Positions 29,667 through 38,239 of a stretch of DNA of 64,000 bases are shown piece after piece (position 1 is the first letter of the stretch; each line of letters begins with the position of its first letter). A program made the position numbers and the translations under genes. This stretch comes from Candidatus Iainarchaeum sp. (GTDB taxonomy: Archaea; Iainarchaeota; Iainarchaeia; Iainarchaeales; VGJJ01), in contig JAZDJQ010000018.1 of NCBI GenBank assembly GCA_043803765.1, positions 95,795 through 159,794 on the forward strand. Reading direction: 5' to 3'. The notes beneath the pieces were generated by a model that ran no database searches, was not told where the DNA came from, and saw only the letters and a program-made list of their open reading frames with translations.

Positions 29667-30617
29667 TTATTCCCCCTGCGGATTGCAAAGCGCCTCTAGT
29701 GTTACGTCTTTTATTCCATTTAAATCAAGGGCTTTCATTACCCGAACACGGGTGATTTTAGCACGTTTCATCCCCGAAAGCATCCCAACTACTTGAGTCC
29801 TGATATCCGTTAAATCCGTCACAGGATAGTGTTCACATAATTCAAAATAGCGAGTAAGCAGCTCTAAACGAGGAAGGGATTTTTTCCCACCCACCTCCGA
29901 AAAAATATTTGGATCATGCCATGCTGCCCTGCCAATCATGACCAAATCACAATAGTTCTCCTCTATTTTTTCCAATACTTCTTCTGCAGAATGAATATCC
30001 CCATTTCCAATCAAGGGAATGGAAAGCATGGATTTAATTTTCTTAATATACTCCCAATCCGACTTTCCCGAATACCCTTGCTTTGCCGTACGCGCATGCA
30101 AGGCGATTCCTTTCACTCCCGCATTCTCTATTTTTTTTACGAACGTATGCAATACGGGAACGTCCCATCCCATTCTCAATTTACACGTAACGGGTTTTGT
30201 TGAAACTGAAACGGCAGCCTTCACCAATGAAACTATTTTTTCAGGACGCTTCAACAAATACGCACCGCATCCCCCTCCCGCCATTTTAGGAGAAGGACAG
30301 CCAAAATTAATATCAATAATATCAAAATCACGCTCAACAAATTCAATAGCCGTAATCAAATCTTTTTCCTCAGGAGCAAACAATTGCACTCCAACAGGGT
30401 GTTCTTCCTTCACTGTTTCAATGCGATTGAACACCTTGTTGTTCGAAGCATTCCCACTCATGTTGCGCGCAATCGCAATCGCAGAAGCAAACTCCGTATA
30501 CGTTAAACTAGCACCTAACTCCTTGCACAACAAGCGAAAAGGAAGCGTTGAAATTCCCGACATGGGGGCTAATACCGCAGGAGAATGCAGTTGCAGACCC
30601 GCGTAGGAAAAAGACAT
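29667..30617 (-). CDS. dus: tRNA-dihydrouridine synthase
   Basis: LAPMSG, INFGCPS, HART, GNGDI, MIGRA. Confidence 0.92.
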   Translation of the reverse strand: MSFSYAGLQLHSPAVLAPMSGISTLPFRLLCKELGASLTYTEFASAIAIARNMSGNASNNKVFNRIETVKEEHPVGVQLFAPEEKDLITAIEFVERDFDIIDINFGCPSPKMAGGGCGAYLLKRPEKIVSLVKAAVSVSTKPVTCKLRMGWDVPVLHTFVKKIENAGVKGIALHARTAKQGYSGKSDWEYIKKIKSMLSIPLIGNGDIHSAEEVLEKIEENYCDLVMIGRAAWHDPNIFSEVGGKKSLPRLELLTRYFELCEHYPVTDLTDIRTQVVGMLSGMKRAKITRVRVMKALDLNGIKDVTLEALCNPQGE

Positions 30618-30768
30618 GATGAACTACTCGCGCATATGGGGTTATAGACCCGCCCGCGGGATGCCCTTTAAAAGCATTCGGAGGACGATTTCGTGAGCAT
30701 GGGTTGATGCTGGTCTCTTGGGATTTGAATAGTCCCATTGCCCATTCGCGTCAACGCATAATGTGATT

Positions 30769-30842
30769 GCACCGGTAGCTTAGTCTGGTGGAGCACCCGA
30801 CTGATAATCGGGAGGTCGGAGGTTCAAATCCTCCCCGGTGCA
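30769..30842 (+). tRNA. tRNA-Ile (GAT)
   Basis: GCACCGG/CCGGTGC, CCCGA-CTGATAA-TCGGG, GGAGG-TTCAAAT-CCTCC. Confidence 0.96.
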
Positions 30843-31526
30843 TTGGAGTTGGCGGTAAAGTGCCCCAATAAGAAAATTAGAATGGATTAAGGGGCATCCA
30901 TGATTAGTGGTTTGAAATACTTCTGATAGTTTTCTTCCAATGTATTTCCGGTCGGATTAATCACCCATTCTTTTCGAATTATTTCAGCGTGCAGGCATTT
31001 GAGTTGGTGTTGAGCATGCTTGCGCTGTCTGACAATGTTTCCTTGCTCTCGTTTGCGTCCGCGTTTCTTTTGCCGATGGAGCAATTCTTCCACGGTAGGT
31101 CTTAGTATTCGGGTGATGACGTTTATGCGTTTTTTCTTCAATGCGTTTTGATACCAAATAATGGGTTGGGGTGGATTGTCAAACACCACAAATTCGAATA
31201 CGACATTTTTTCCTTTCCTGATTTGTTGCATAATAGACTTGACGCTTAGGGGCTGGACAATGGCTTGTTCATAGGGGTGTCTATAAGTGTAGGGTTTGTG
31301 GTTGATTTTCTTCCAAATGTCATCCTCAGAGATATGTGTCCAATTCTTGTATCGAGCAATGCGCTTGCCCATGCTGGATTTACCGCTTCCTGAAGGGCCA
31401 ATGAGAAGGATGACGGAAGGCATACCGCTTGCAGGTGAATGGTACTTTTATTCACTTCTACCTACTTTTGCAAATTGTTCATTACAAAAGGCAGTTTCCC
31501 GCCATCTTCGCCCCATCCCCGGTGCA
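30832..31526. mobile_element. Non-autonomous one-gene cassette at the tRNA-Ile 3' end
   Basis: Direct repeat TCCCCGGTGCA at 30832-30842 and 31516-31526; 16/20 inverted repeats at 30845-30864 and 31490-31509. Confidence 0.65.
30887..31423 (-). CDS. P-loop small-molecule kinase (AAA_33-like)
   Basis: LIGPSGSGKS Walker A; R..KR lid. Confidence 0.8.
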   Translation of the reverse strand: MPSVILLIGPSGSGKSSMGKRIARYKNWTHISEDDIWKKINHKPYTYRHPYEQAIVQPLSVKSIMQQIRKGKNVVFEFVVFDNPPQPIIWYQNALKKKRINVITRILRPTVEELLHRQKKRGRKREQGNIVRQRKHAQHQLKCLHAEIIRKEWVINPTGNTLEENYQKYFKPLIMDAP

Positions 31527-31567
31527 CTTCATTTTTTTTGAATCTTCCATAAGCGGGAAAAAAACCA

Positions 31568-32203
31568 TTATTCCAAATCCATTAGAAAACGAAGAAAGGA
31601 GGAACCGTGTTTGAGTGTAATTCCCCTCCATCCCATGAGACTGGCGCCCCATGAGTTGAACCACCAATCATCCACGAATACGATATGGTCTTTTCGTGCA
31701 CGCAAACGATGTTCCATTGCTTCATACACTGAAGGAAAAGGCTTCATGAGTCCGGTTTCGCATGAAATGAACGCCTCATCAAATAATTTTACGTGTCCTA
31801 CATCCCGATGATAGGCGGCTTGAGCCGTATTCATATCCGACAAAAGAGCAATCTTCCATCCCTTCTTTTTCAAACGCATTAATTGTTCCACAATGCGCGG
31901 ATCTATCACCGCACGACGAATATAACGATGCATAATCCATACAGCAAATTCTTTCTCCGTAAGCTTTCGTTCTAATATGCGCTCATAGAATGATTTTGCC
32001 CCTAATTTTCCACGCTGTGCATCCGAAAGATTGAGAAACCAACGAAGAACGACAAAAGGAAAAGAAAGATGAAGCCCTTTCGCCACACTCTTCAATATCC
32101 ACTTTTCCGAATTTGGAATAAGAACCCCGTGCATATCCAATACAAGCCAATAAGGAGAAGAGACCGGATGAAGGGTTTTTTTATTACTCGATTTCCGTAC
32201 CAT
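31568..32203 (-). CDS. HAD-superfamily hydrolase
   Basis: LDMHGVL, LLSD, KP, FVDD. Confidence 0.8.
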   Translation of the reverse strand: MVRKSSNKKTLHPVSSPYWLVLDMHGVLIPNSEKWILKSVAKGLHLSFPFVVLRWFLNLSDAQRGKLGAKSFYERILERKLTEKEFAVWIMHRYIRRAVIDPRIVEQLMRLKKKGWKIALLSDMNTAQAAYHRDVGHVKLFDEAFISCETGLMKPFPSVYEAMEHRLRARKDHIVFVDDWWFNSWGASLMGWRGITLKHGSSFLRFLMDLE

Positions 32204-32654
32204 GGTATTGTGGAGGAAGATTGGGCATTAAATGACTTTTCGTTAGTCTTCCCGACCCAATGATTTTCCCGCTCAACGAGATGGCAACAAAACCATCCGA
32301 AAGAACATTTGCCGTATCCACTTTTTCCCTGCTTATTTTATTTCGGGCAAAAAAAGTATCGGCCTGCTCGGAAGAAAGAAGCACGACATTCTGTTTAATA
32401 CGATTTCCCAAAAAAGTGATGAAATGAGACGTGGATTCAAATGAAGTAGCATCCATGAAAGCAAGCAATCCCAATTGGAAAAGATTGGCAGAAGACCGGG
32501 CAATAGGTTGAATATCACGGGAAACAATCCACACGCTTTCCTTATATCGAATCCATGACCACTTTTGCAAATCATCCTTTCCAATACCATAACGGGAATG
32601 AAGATAGGATTGAAAACGCATCACATCCGGAGGAGACGCATATTTTACTCTCAT
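32184..32654 (-). CDS. Putative NIP7/PUA-like partner of the RNA m5C methyltransferase
   Basis: ATGA-coupled to the RsmB gene; C-terminal GFVAI...IIGSG...NLP. Confidence 0.55.
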   Translation of the reverse strand: MRVKYASPPDVMRFQSYLHSRYGIGKDDLQKWSWIRYKESVWIVSRDIQPIARSSANLFQLGLLAFMDATSFESTSHFITFLGNRIKQNVVLLSSEQADTFFARNKISREKVDTANVLSDGFVAISLSGKIIGSGRLTKSHLMPNLPPQYHGTEIE

Positions 32655-33598
32655 TTTTTCCCCTCCCTCAAAAGAAATGCCATGAAAAATGACTGCGTGT
32701 TCGAATCCTGCGGATAGATACGCACCACTTTTTCCATTCCATCTGCAAACGTTCGATTACGAAAAACGGTTAGCCCGGGACGAGTGGAAAAATGAGGGAT
32801 GGTAATAGGAAGCAATGAAAAATCGCTTCGCTCACGCAAAAGATGCGTTATCACTCCCTCGCATTCCTCCGGAGAAAGAGTACACACACTGTATAGGATT
32901 TTCCCACCCGGACGAACTAAATCAGCCGCTTTGAGTAATAGTTTTTCCTGCAACCGCGCCTTATGTTGAACATATTTTTCTGACCAACTCTTAAGCGTCT
33001 GGGGTTTTTTCCTAAGCAGTCCTTCCCCCGAACAAGGAGCATCGAGCAGCACCTTATCAAAAAAAGAATGGGAAAAGGATAATGTCGATGCGTCTTCAAG
33101 CGCAATCGCCGTATTGATAACGCCACCACGGGAAAGCATGAAACGCAATGCTTTGGCTCTCGCCTTATTGGGCTCTACTGCAAGAATGCTTCCCGTATTA
33201 TTCATATGAGAAGCTAACTGAATCGTTTTATTCCCTGGAGCGGCCGCCATATCCAACACCATTTCACCGGGCTGAGGATTAAGCACATAGGAAGGAAGCT
33301 GGGATGCCCACTCCTGGGGATGAAAAAAGCCCGCCTGAACCTCCCACCATGAACCAATTAAGCCTGCACGGGAAACATCTTTGAGAAAAAACGTATGGGG
33401 ATGCCCTTCTATTTGCTCGAATAACACCTTGCGATGATTCAAACGTTCCCTTACCCACTCTGGGGTGGCCTTCAATGTGTTCACGCGCAACGTTTTAGGC
33501 CAATACGTCTTGGAAACATGGCAAAAGGAATCAAAGTCTTCCTTTTGGGGTAGAAGTTCCCGATAGCGGTTTAGCAGGAGAGGAGAAAATTTCACCAT
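32651..33598 (-). CDS. RsmB/NOP2-family RNA cytosine-C5 methyltransferase
   Basis: LRVNTLK, DMAAAPGNKT, DAPCSG, YSVCT. Confidence 0.93.
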   Translation of the reverse strand: MVKFSPLLLNRYRELLPQKEDFDSFCHVSKTYWPKTLRVNTLKATPEWVRERLNHRKVLFEQIEGHPHTFFLKDVSRAGLIGSWWEVQAGFFHPQEWASQLPSYVLNPQPGEMVLDMAAAPGNKTIQLASHMNNTGSILAVEPNKARAKALRFMLSRGGVINTAIALEDASTLSFSHSFFDKVLLDAPCSGEGLLRKKPQTLKSWSEKYVQHKARLQEKLLLKAADLVRPGGKILYSVCTLSPEECEGVITHLLRERSDFSLLPITIPHFSTRPGLTVFRNRTFADGMEKVVRIYPQDSNTQSFFMAFLLREGKK

Positions 33599-33831
33599 CC
33601 AAATGAAAGTAAGGAGCGAGCTTATAATGGATACCGGGCAAAAACAAAAAAGAAAAAAAACATAAAACGTGAAACCCCTTGATTAAGGAAATGCAATGAA
33701 AATGTGGGGGGGTCAAAAACGTTTTAATAGTCGAGAAGACTAAACATGTGCTCCCCCAGTGCGTCCCTTGTGAAAATAAGGGAAGAACGATTGACGATAA
33801 GCCCTATTCGTCAGACTCGAAGGTGGTACAA

Positions 33832-36800
33832 ATGAATGAATCCCAAATCCAAACAAGCATCCCCAACATCAAAAAAAGAAGCGGGGCCGTCGTCTCATTC
33901 AACCAAGAAAAAATAGCCAGCGCCATCACCAAAGCATTTCATGCCATTGGAAAAAATGACGAATCATTGGTATTGAAAATATCCGACAGAGTGTTAGAAC
34001 GATTAATCGAAGAACGCACCGCACGCCCCGAAGAAAGCATACCAACCGTTGAACACATCCAAGATTTGGTAGAAGAAGAACTCATGACAAGCGGCGAAAC
34101 AAAAGTCGCCAAAGCCTACATTCTTTATCGACAAAAAAGAACAGAAGAAAGAGAACTGAAAAGAGCCATGCTCGGATTGAACATGGACACGCATGTAGGA
34201 ATTAATCAATTACGCGTGCTCAAAGAACGATATTTGTTGCGCGACGAAAATGGAAAAATAAAAGAAACGCCTGAACAATTATGGAGACGCGTCGCGGACA
34301 ACATTGCAAGCGCCGAAAAACTATACTATAACGCGGATGATGAAAAAGTGAGCGCACTCGCCAACACATTTTATGAAATGATGGAAAGCATGATTTTCAT
34401 GCCCAACACTCCAACACTAATGAATGCAGGAACAAATATTCAACAATTAAGCGCATGCTTCGTTTTGCCAGTAGAAGACTCGATTGAAGGAATTTATGAT
34501 ACAATGAAACACCAAGCATTAATTCACCAATCAGGAGGAGGAACCGGATTCTCCTTTTCACGCTTACGGCCAAAAGGAAGCATGGTAAAAAGCACCAAAG
34601 GAGTTGCAACAGGACCTGTTGGATTTATGAGCGTGTATAACGCAAGCACGGAAATCATCAAACAAGGAGGAAAACGCAGAGGGGCCAACATGGGAATACT
34701 GCGTATTGACCACCCGGACATACGAGAGTTTATTCACTGCAAGGACGATATCACTAAAATAAACAACTTCAATATTTCCGTTGCCATCACCGAAAAATTC
34801 ATGGAAGCAGTAGAAAAAGGGGAAGAATTTGAATTAATAGACCCGCACACCAAAAAAACAGCACGAACCGAAAACGCATCCACATTGTTTGACGAACTCG
34901 TGATGAGCGCATGGAAATCAGGAGACCCGGGAATCATATTCATCGACCGAATCAACCGAGATAACACGGCGCCCCATATTTATGAGATTGAAGCAACCAA
35001 CCCCTGCGTGACGGGAGACACCCTCGTGAGTACTGAAAGGGGATTGATGCGCATGGAGGAGCTGGTTAACCGATACCCGAACGGGGGAATTGGCATTACC
35101 ACAGACACTCGCGTCCCGCATCCTGTTCAGTCAGGAAAAATGTGGATGCTGATGGATACAAGCGAGAAAGAAGGAGTCTCCAACTATCCTGCACTCCATG
35201 CCTTTTCGAGCGGAACAAAAGAAGTGTTCACATTGGAAACCGAGTCAGGATATGAAATTACCTGCACGGCTGATCACAAGATATACACCAATGCGGGGTT
35301 TATCCCCCTTCGGGAACTTGATGCGACCAAACACCACATTTACATTCAATCAGAAAAAGGAAAATTCGCAACCCAAAAAGAACTTCCATTTGAAATAGTG
35401 AATACACAAAAGGGCAAAAATGGGCGAGTCTACTCATCCAATCTTCCCCGCGTATGGTCGAAGGAGCTGGGCCACGTTCTCGGGTGGCTAGTGGGGGATG
35501 GCTGGCTGCGAACAGGAGACAAGAACTGCCGGGCCGGTTTTGTATTCGCTGAAGAAGATAAGGAAATTCAAGAGTACCTCACACCCATCTTGAATACCTA
35601 TTATGGATACCCCGTACGAGAAGTAGTACGGGAGAACGGGGTCACCCACCTTTCGTATCATTCCCAATTTTTTGTGGACTTCTTTCTCAAATTGGGGGTG
35701 ATGCCTGCCGACTCGGACAAAAAAGTCGTGCCCGAAACAATCTTTCAGGCAACCGAAGAAACCGTGATTGGATTTCTACAGGGGTTATTTACCGCGGATG
35801 GAACGGTGAACTATGATAAGGAACATTCTATCGCATATGCACGACTCACCTCCAAATCCATTCAACTAGTCAAGGGAGTACAACAATTGTTGTTGAATTT
35901 GGGAATAAAATCCCGCATTTATGACCGAAAGCGTGAAGAGCGAAATGTTTTTTCATACACTACCATCAGCGGGAAAATTAAAACATACGCATCGGACGGA
36001 ATATGCTACGAGCTCAATATCAGCGGTCCCGGGTTACGCCGATTCATTAAAACGATTGCTTTCATTGGGAAGAAACACGCGAAAAAAATGGCCGACTGCA
36101 TGGTGATGAATTATCATAATGACTATTTCAAAGAAAAAATAAAAAATATCATTCCAAATGGAATGAAAGAAGTTTATGATTTGACCGAGCCGGTGTCCCA
36201 CTCTTTTATTGGAAATGGAATAGTTATTTCAAATTGCGGGGAACAACCATTAGGACCATACGACTCGTGCAATCTGGGAAGCATTAACCTCGCCAAATAC
36301 GTGAATGAAAATGGAGAAGTAATGTGGGAGAGCCTACGCACTACAATACGAAACGCGGTGCGGTTCCTGGATAACACGATTGACATGAACAAGTATGTCA
36401 TTCCCCAAATAGAAAAAATGAACAAAGGAAACAGGCGCATTGGATTAGGAGTAATGGGATGGGCCGACCTATTATTCATGCTCAACATTCCCTACAACTC
36501 GGAAGAAGGATGTTCGTTTGCAGAAAAAATGGCCAAATTCATACGAGAAGAAGCCGATGCCATGTCACAAGAACTAGGAAAAGAAAAAGGAGTATTTCTC
36601 CACCACAAAGGAAGCGCATATGATACACCGGATGGACCCACTTTTAGGAATTGCGCACGCATCACCATTGCACCGACTGGAACTATATCCATGATTGCAG
36701 ACTGTTCAAGCGGAATCGAACCACTTTTTGCAATTTCTTTCGTTAAACGAGTAATGGACGGACAAGAACTACTATACGTGAATGACATCTTCAGGAAAAC

Positions 36801-37305
36801 CGCCATCAAAAGAGGATTCTACAGCGAAGCACTAATGGAAAAAATAGCAGAAGAAGGAACCGCACAACACTGTACAAGTATTCCAGAAGACGCACGCAAA
36901 GTATTCGTATGCGCACACGACATTTCACCCTACTGGCACATCCGCATGCAGGCCGCATGGCAAAAATACACCGATAATGCGATATCTAAAACAGTAAACT
37001 TTACCCACGACGCAACAGTAGAAGAAGTAAAAGAAGTGTACATGCTCGCATACAAAATGGGGTGCAAAGGCGTCACCATCTATCGCGACGGAAGCAAAGG
37101 ATTCGACCAACAAGTACTCAACCTCAACGTAAAAGGAAAAAGCAACCAACAAATAGAAGAAGAATACAAACAAAAAATAATGAAAGGACACGATACAACC
37201 AAAGGAGAAATGAAAAAATGCGAAAAATGCGGAGGAGACAAGCTCCACATGCAGGAAGGATGCGCCACCTGCATGGACTGCGGGCACAGCTACTGCGCCG
37301 TATAG
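33832..37305 (+). CDS. nrdJ: Class II (adenosylcobalamin-dependent) ribonucleotide reductase with ATP cone, intein and C-terminal Zn ribbon
   Basis: PNTPTLMNAG, SACF, NP|CGEQ, SCNLGS, IAPTG, KGVTIYR; AGGTG SD before ATG 33832. Confidence 0.95.
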   Translation: MNESQIQTSIPNIKKRSGAVVSFNQEKIASAITKAFHAIGKNDESLVLKISDRVLERLIEERTARPEESIPTVEHIQDLVEEELMTSGETKVAKAYILYRQKRTEERELKRAMLGLNMDTHVGINQLRVLKERYLLRDENGKIKETPEQLWRRVADNIASAEKLYYNADDEKVSALANTFYEMMESMIFMPNTPTLMNAGTNIQQLSACFVLPVEDSIEGIYDTMKHQALIHQSGGGTGFSFSRLRPKGSMVKSTKGVATGPVGFMSVYNASTEIIKQGGKRRGANMGILRIDHPDIREFIHCKDDITKINNFNISVAITEKFMEAVEKGEEFELIDPHTKKTARTENASTLFDELVMSAWKSGDPGIIFIDRINRDNTAPHIYEIEATNPCVTGDTLVSTERGLMRMEELVNRYPNGGIGITTDTRVPHPVQSGKMWMLMDTSEKEGVSNYPALHAFSSGTKEVFTLETESGYEITCTADHKIYTNAGFIPLRELDATKHHIYIQSEKGKFATQKELPFEIVNTQKGKNGRVYSSNLPRVWSKELGHVLGWLVGDGWLRTGDKNCRAGFVFAEEDKEIQEYLTPILNTYYGYPVREVVRENGVTHLSYHSQFFVDFFLKLGVMPADSDKKVVPETIFQATEETVIGFLQGLFTADGTVNYDKEHSIAYARLTSKSIQLVKGVQQLLLNLGIKSRIYDRKREERNVFSYTTISGKIKTYASDGICYELNISGPGLRRFIKTIAFIGKKHAKKMADCMVMNYHNDYFKEKIKNIIPNGMKEVYDLTEPVSHSFIGNGIVISNCGEQPLGPYDSCNLGSINLAKYVNENGEVMWESLRTTIRNAVRFLDNTIDMNKYVIPQIEKMNKGNRRIGLGVMGWADLLFMLNIPYNSEEGCSFAEKMAKFIREEADAMSQELGKEKGVFLHHKGSAYDTPDGPTFRNCARITIAPTGTISMIADCSSGIEPLFAISFVKRVMDGQELLYVNDIFRKTAIKRGFYSEALMEKIAEEGTAQHCTSIPEDARKVFVCAHDISPYWHIRMQAAWQKYTDNAISKTVNFTHDATVEEVKEVYMLAYKMGCKGVTIYRDGSKGFDQQVLNLNVKGKSNQQIEEEYKQKIMKGHDTTKGEMKKCEKCGGDKLHMQEGCATCMDCGHSYCAV
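35005..36234 (+). mobile_element. Intein (410 aa) with LAGLIDADG homing endonuclease in nrdJ
   Basis: Starts CVTGDTLV; block B TADH; LGWLVGDG and LQGLFTADG; ends VYDL...ISN before Cys+1. Confidence 0.93.
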
Positions 37306-37426
37306 GGGGACTTGCAAAGTCCCCGTTTATCAAAGCAGCCAGTGAAACTGGCTCATGACACTTGCGAGGAGGGCCGGGGAATTGCGGCTACCCTGAAAAG
37401 GGAGCACCTTTCCCCGGTTCTTTCGC
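37306..37426 (+). other. GC-rich multi-hairpin element directly after the nrdJ stop (candidate ncRNA or ssDNA element)
   Basis: Two short hairpins plus a long GU-containing stem with a capped inner hairpin; see findings. Confidence 0.5.
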
Positions 37427-37499
37427 CTGCTCGGAGAAAAAAAAAGGATTATGCGATTTTCTGCAATCATCAAACCCAAAAAAAATCCAAGACAATACG

Positions 37500-37895
37500 T
37501 CAACGCAAAAATAACGTATCGTGTTTCTTCAAATGCTCATCCTTACTAACAATCCTTACTTTTCGCGTTTCACTCAAAACCACAAGAAGAGCATCCGTAT
37601 AACTAATCCGATTATCCTCTTTCTTTAGAACAGCATGACGAACACCCGCATTGAAATAATCATCACTCGCAACATCGACAAAACGAACCTTTGACTTGAT
37701 GAACGAATAATACGTTTCCGTGTCAACAAATCCCTTCCTCATTAATTTGCTCGCCACCTCACACAGAACAATTCCACACGTAAAACACTCATTCGAAGAG
37801 GAATCCAGCAAACCTTTCACTTTTTCACCAGCAGGCGTACCATCAAAATACTCAATCCAAGCCGAGGTGTCCAACAAGTATCTATTCACGGTCAT
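37500..37895 (-). CDS. vapC: VapC-like PIN toxin
   Basis: LLDTSAWIEY...CEV...SYTDAL...SKDEH. Confidence 0.88.
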   Translation of the reverse strand: MTVNRYLLDTSAWIEYFDGTPAGEKVKGLLDSSSNECFTCGIVLCEVASKLMRKGFVDTETYYSFIKSKVRFVDVASDDYFNAGVRHAVLKKEDNRISYTDALLVVLSETRKVRIVSKDEHLKKHDTLFLR

Positions 37896-38082
37896 CCCAT
37901 CGATCCTCTTTTGCATGATATGGGCCTAATTTCCCCTTGGTCGCACCAAAAAAATCCAAAGAAACGGGCTTTAATTCTACCGATACCACATCGCCAACAC
38001 CAAGATTCAATCGAGCAACCTCTTCCATAGGAATCGTAGCCATGATCGAACCCCCCACCTTCCGCAATTTGAGCAATGCCAT
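37882..38082 (-). CDS. AbrB/MazE-type antitoxin
   Basis: KLRKVGGSIMATIP...LGVGDVV; overlaps vapC. Confidence 0.85.
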   Translation of the reverse strand: MALLKLRKVGGSIMATIPMEEVARLNLGVGDVVSVELKPVSLDFFGATKGKLGPYHAKEDRWDDRE

Positions 38083-38103
38083 GTTATATCACCAAGATAA
38101 CAT
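38081..38103. promoter_or_regulatory. Inverted repeat ATGTTAT-N9-ATAACAT, putative TA operator
   Basis: Perfect 7-bp inverted repeat between the TATA-like tract and the antitoxin start. Confidence 0.5.
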
Positions 38104-38239
38104 ATTATACAAAGGATTATATAAATAGGGCGGGTGGGAGTACGCATACTCACAACCATCCAAAAAAAGGAAAAAAAACAAGCGTTGCACCACCCGGACA
38201 GTAGCACCCTTAAAATCCCTCACTCGCATACAGATTTCC

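Noticed and set aside
33770-33790. Cobalamin riboswitch suggested by AATAAGGGAA
   Set aside because: The remaining conserved elements (T-loop hairpin, GCCCCCGC-ACTGT, B12 box) are missing.
37306-37426. SRP RNA, RNase P RNA, SECIS or c-di-GMP riboswitch identity
   Set aside because: GGGAGCA resembles SRP helix 8 but the opposing CAGG is absent. It is too short for RNase P, nrdJ has no in-frame TGA, and the GEMM consensus is not met.
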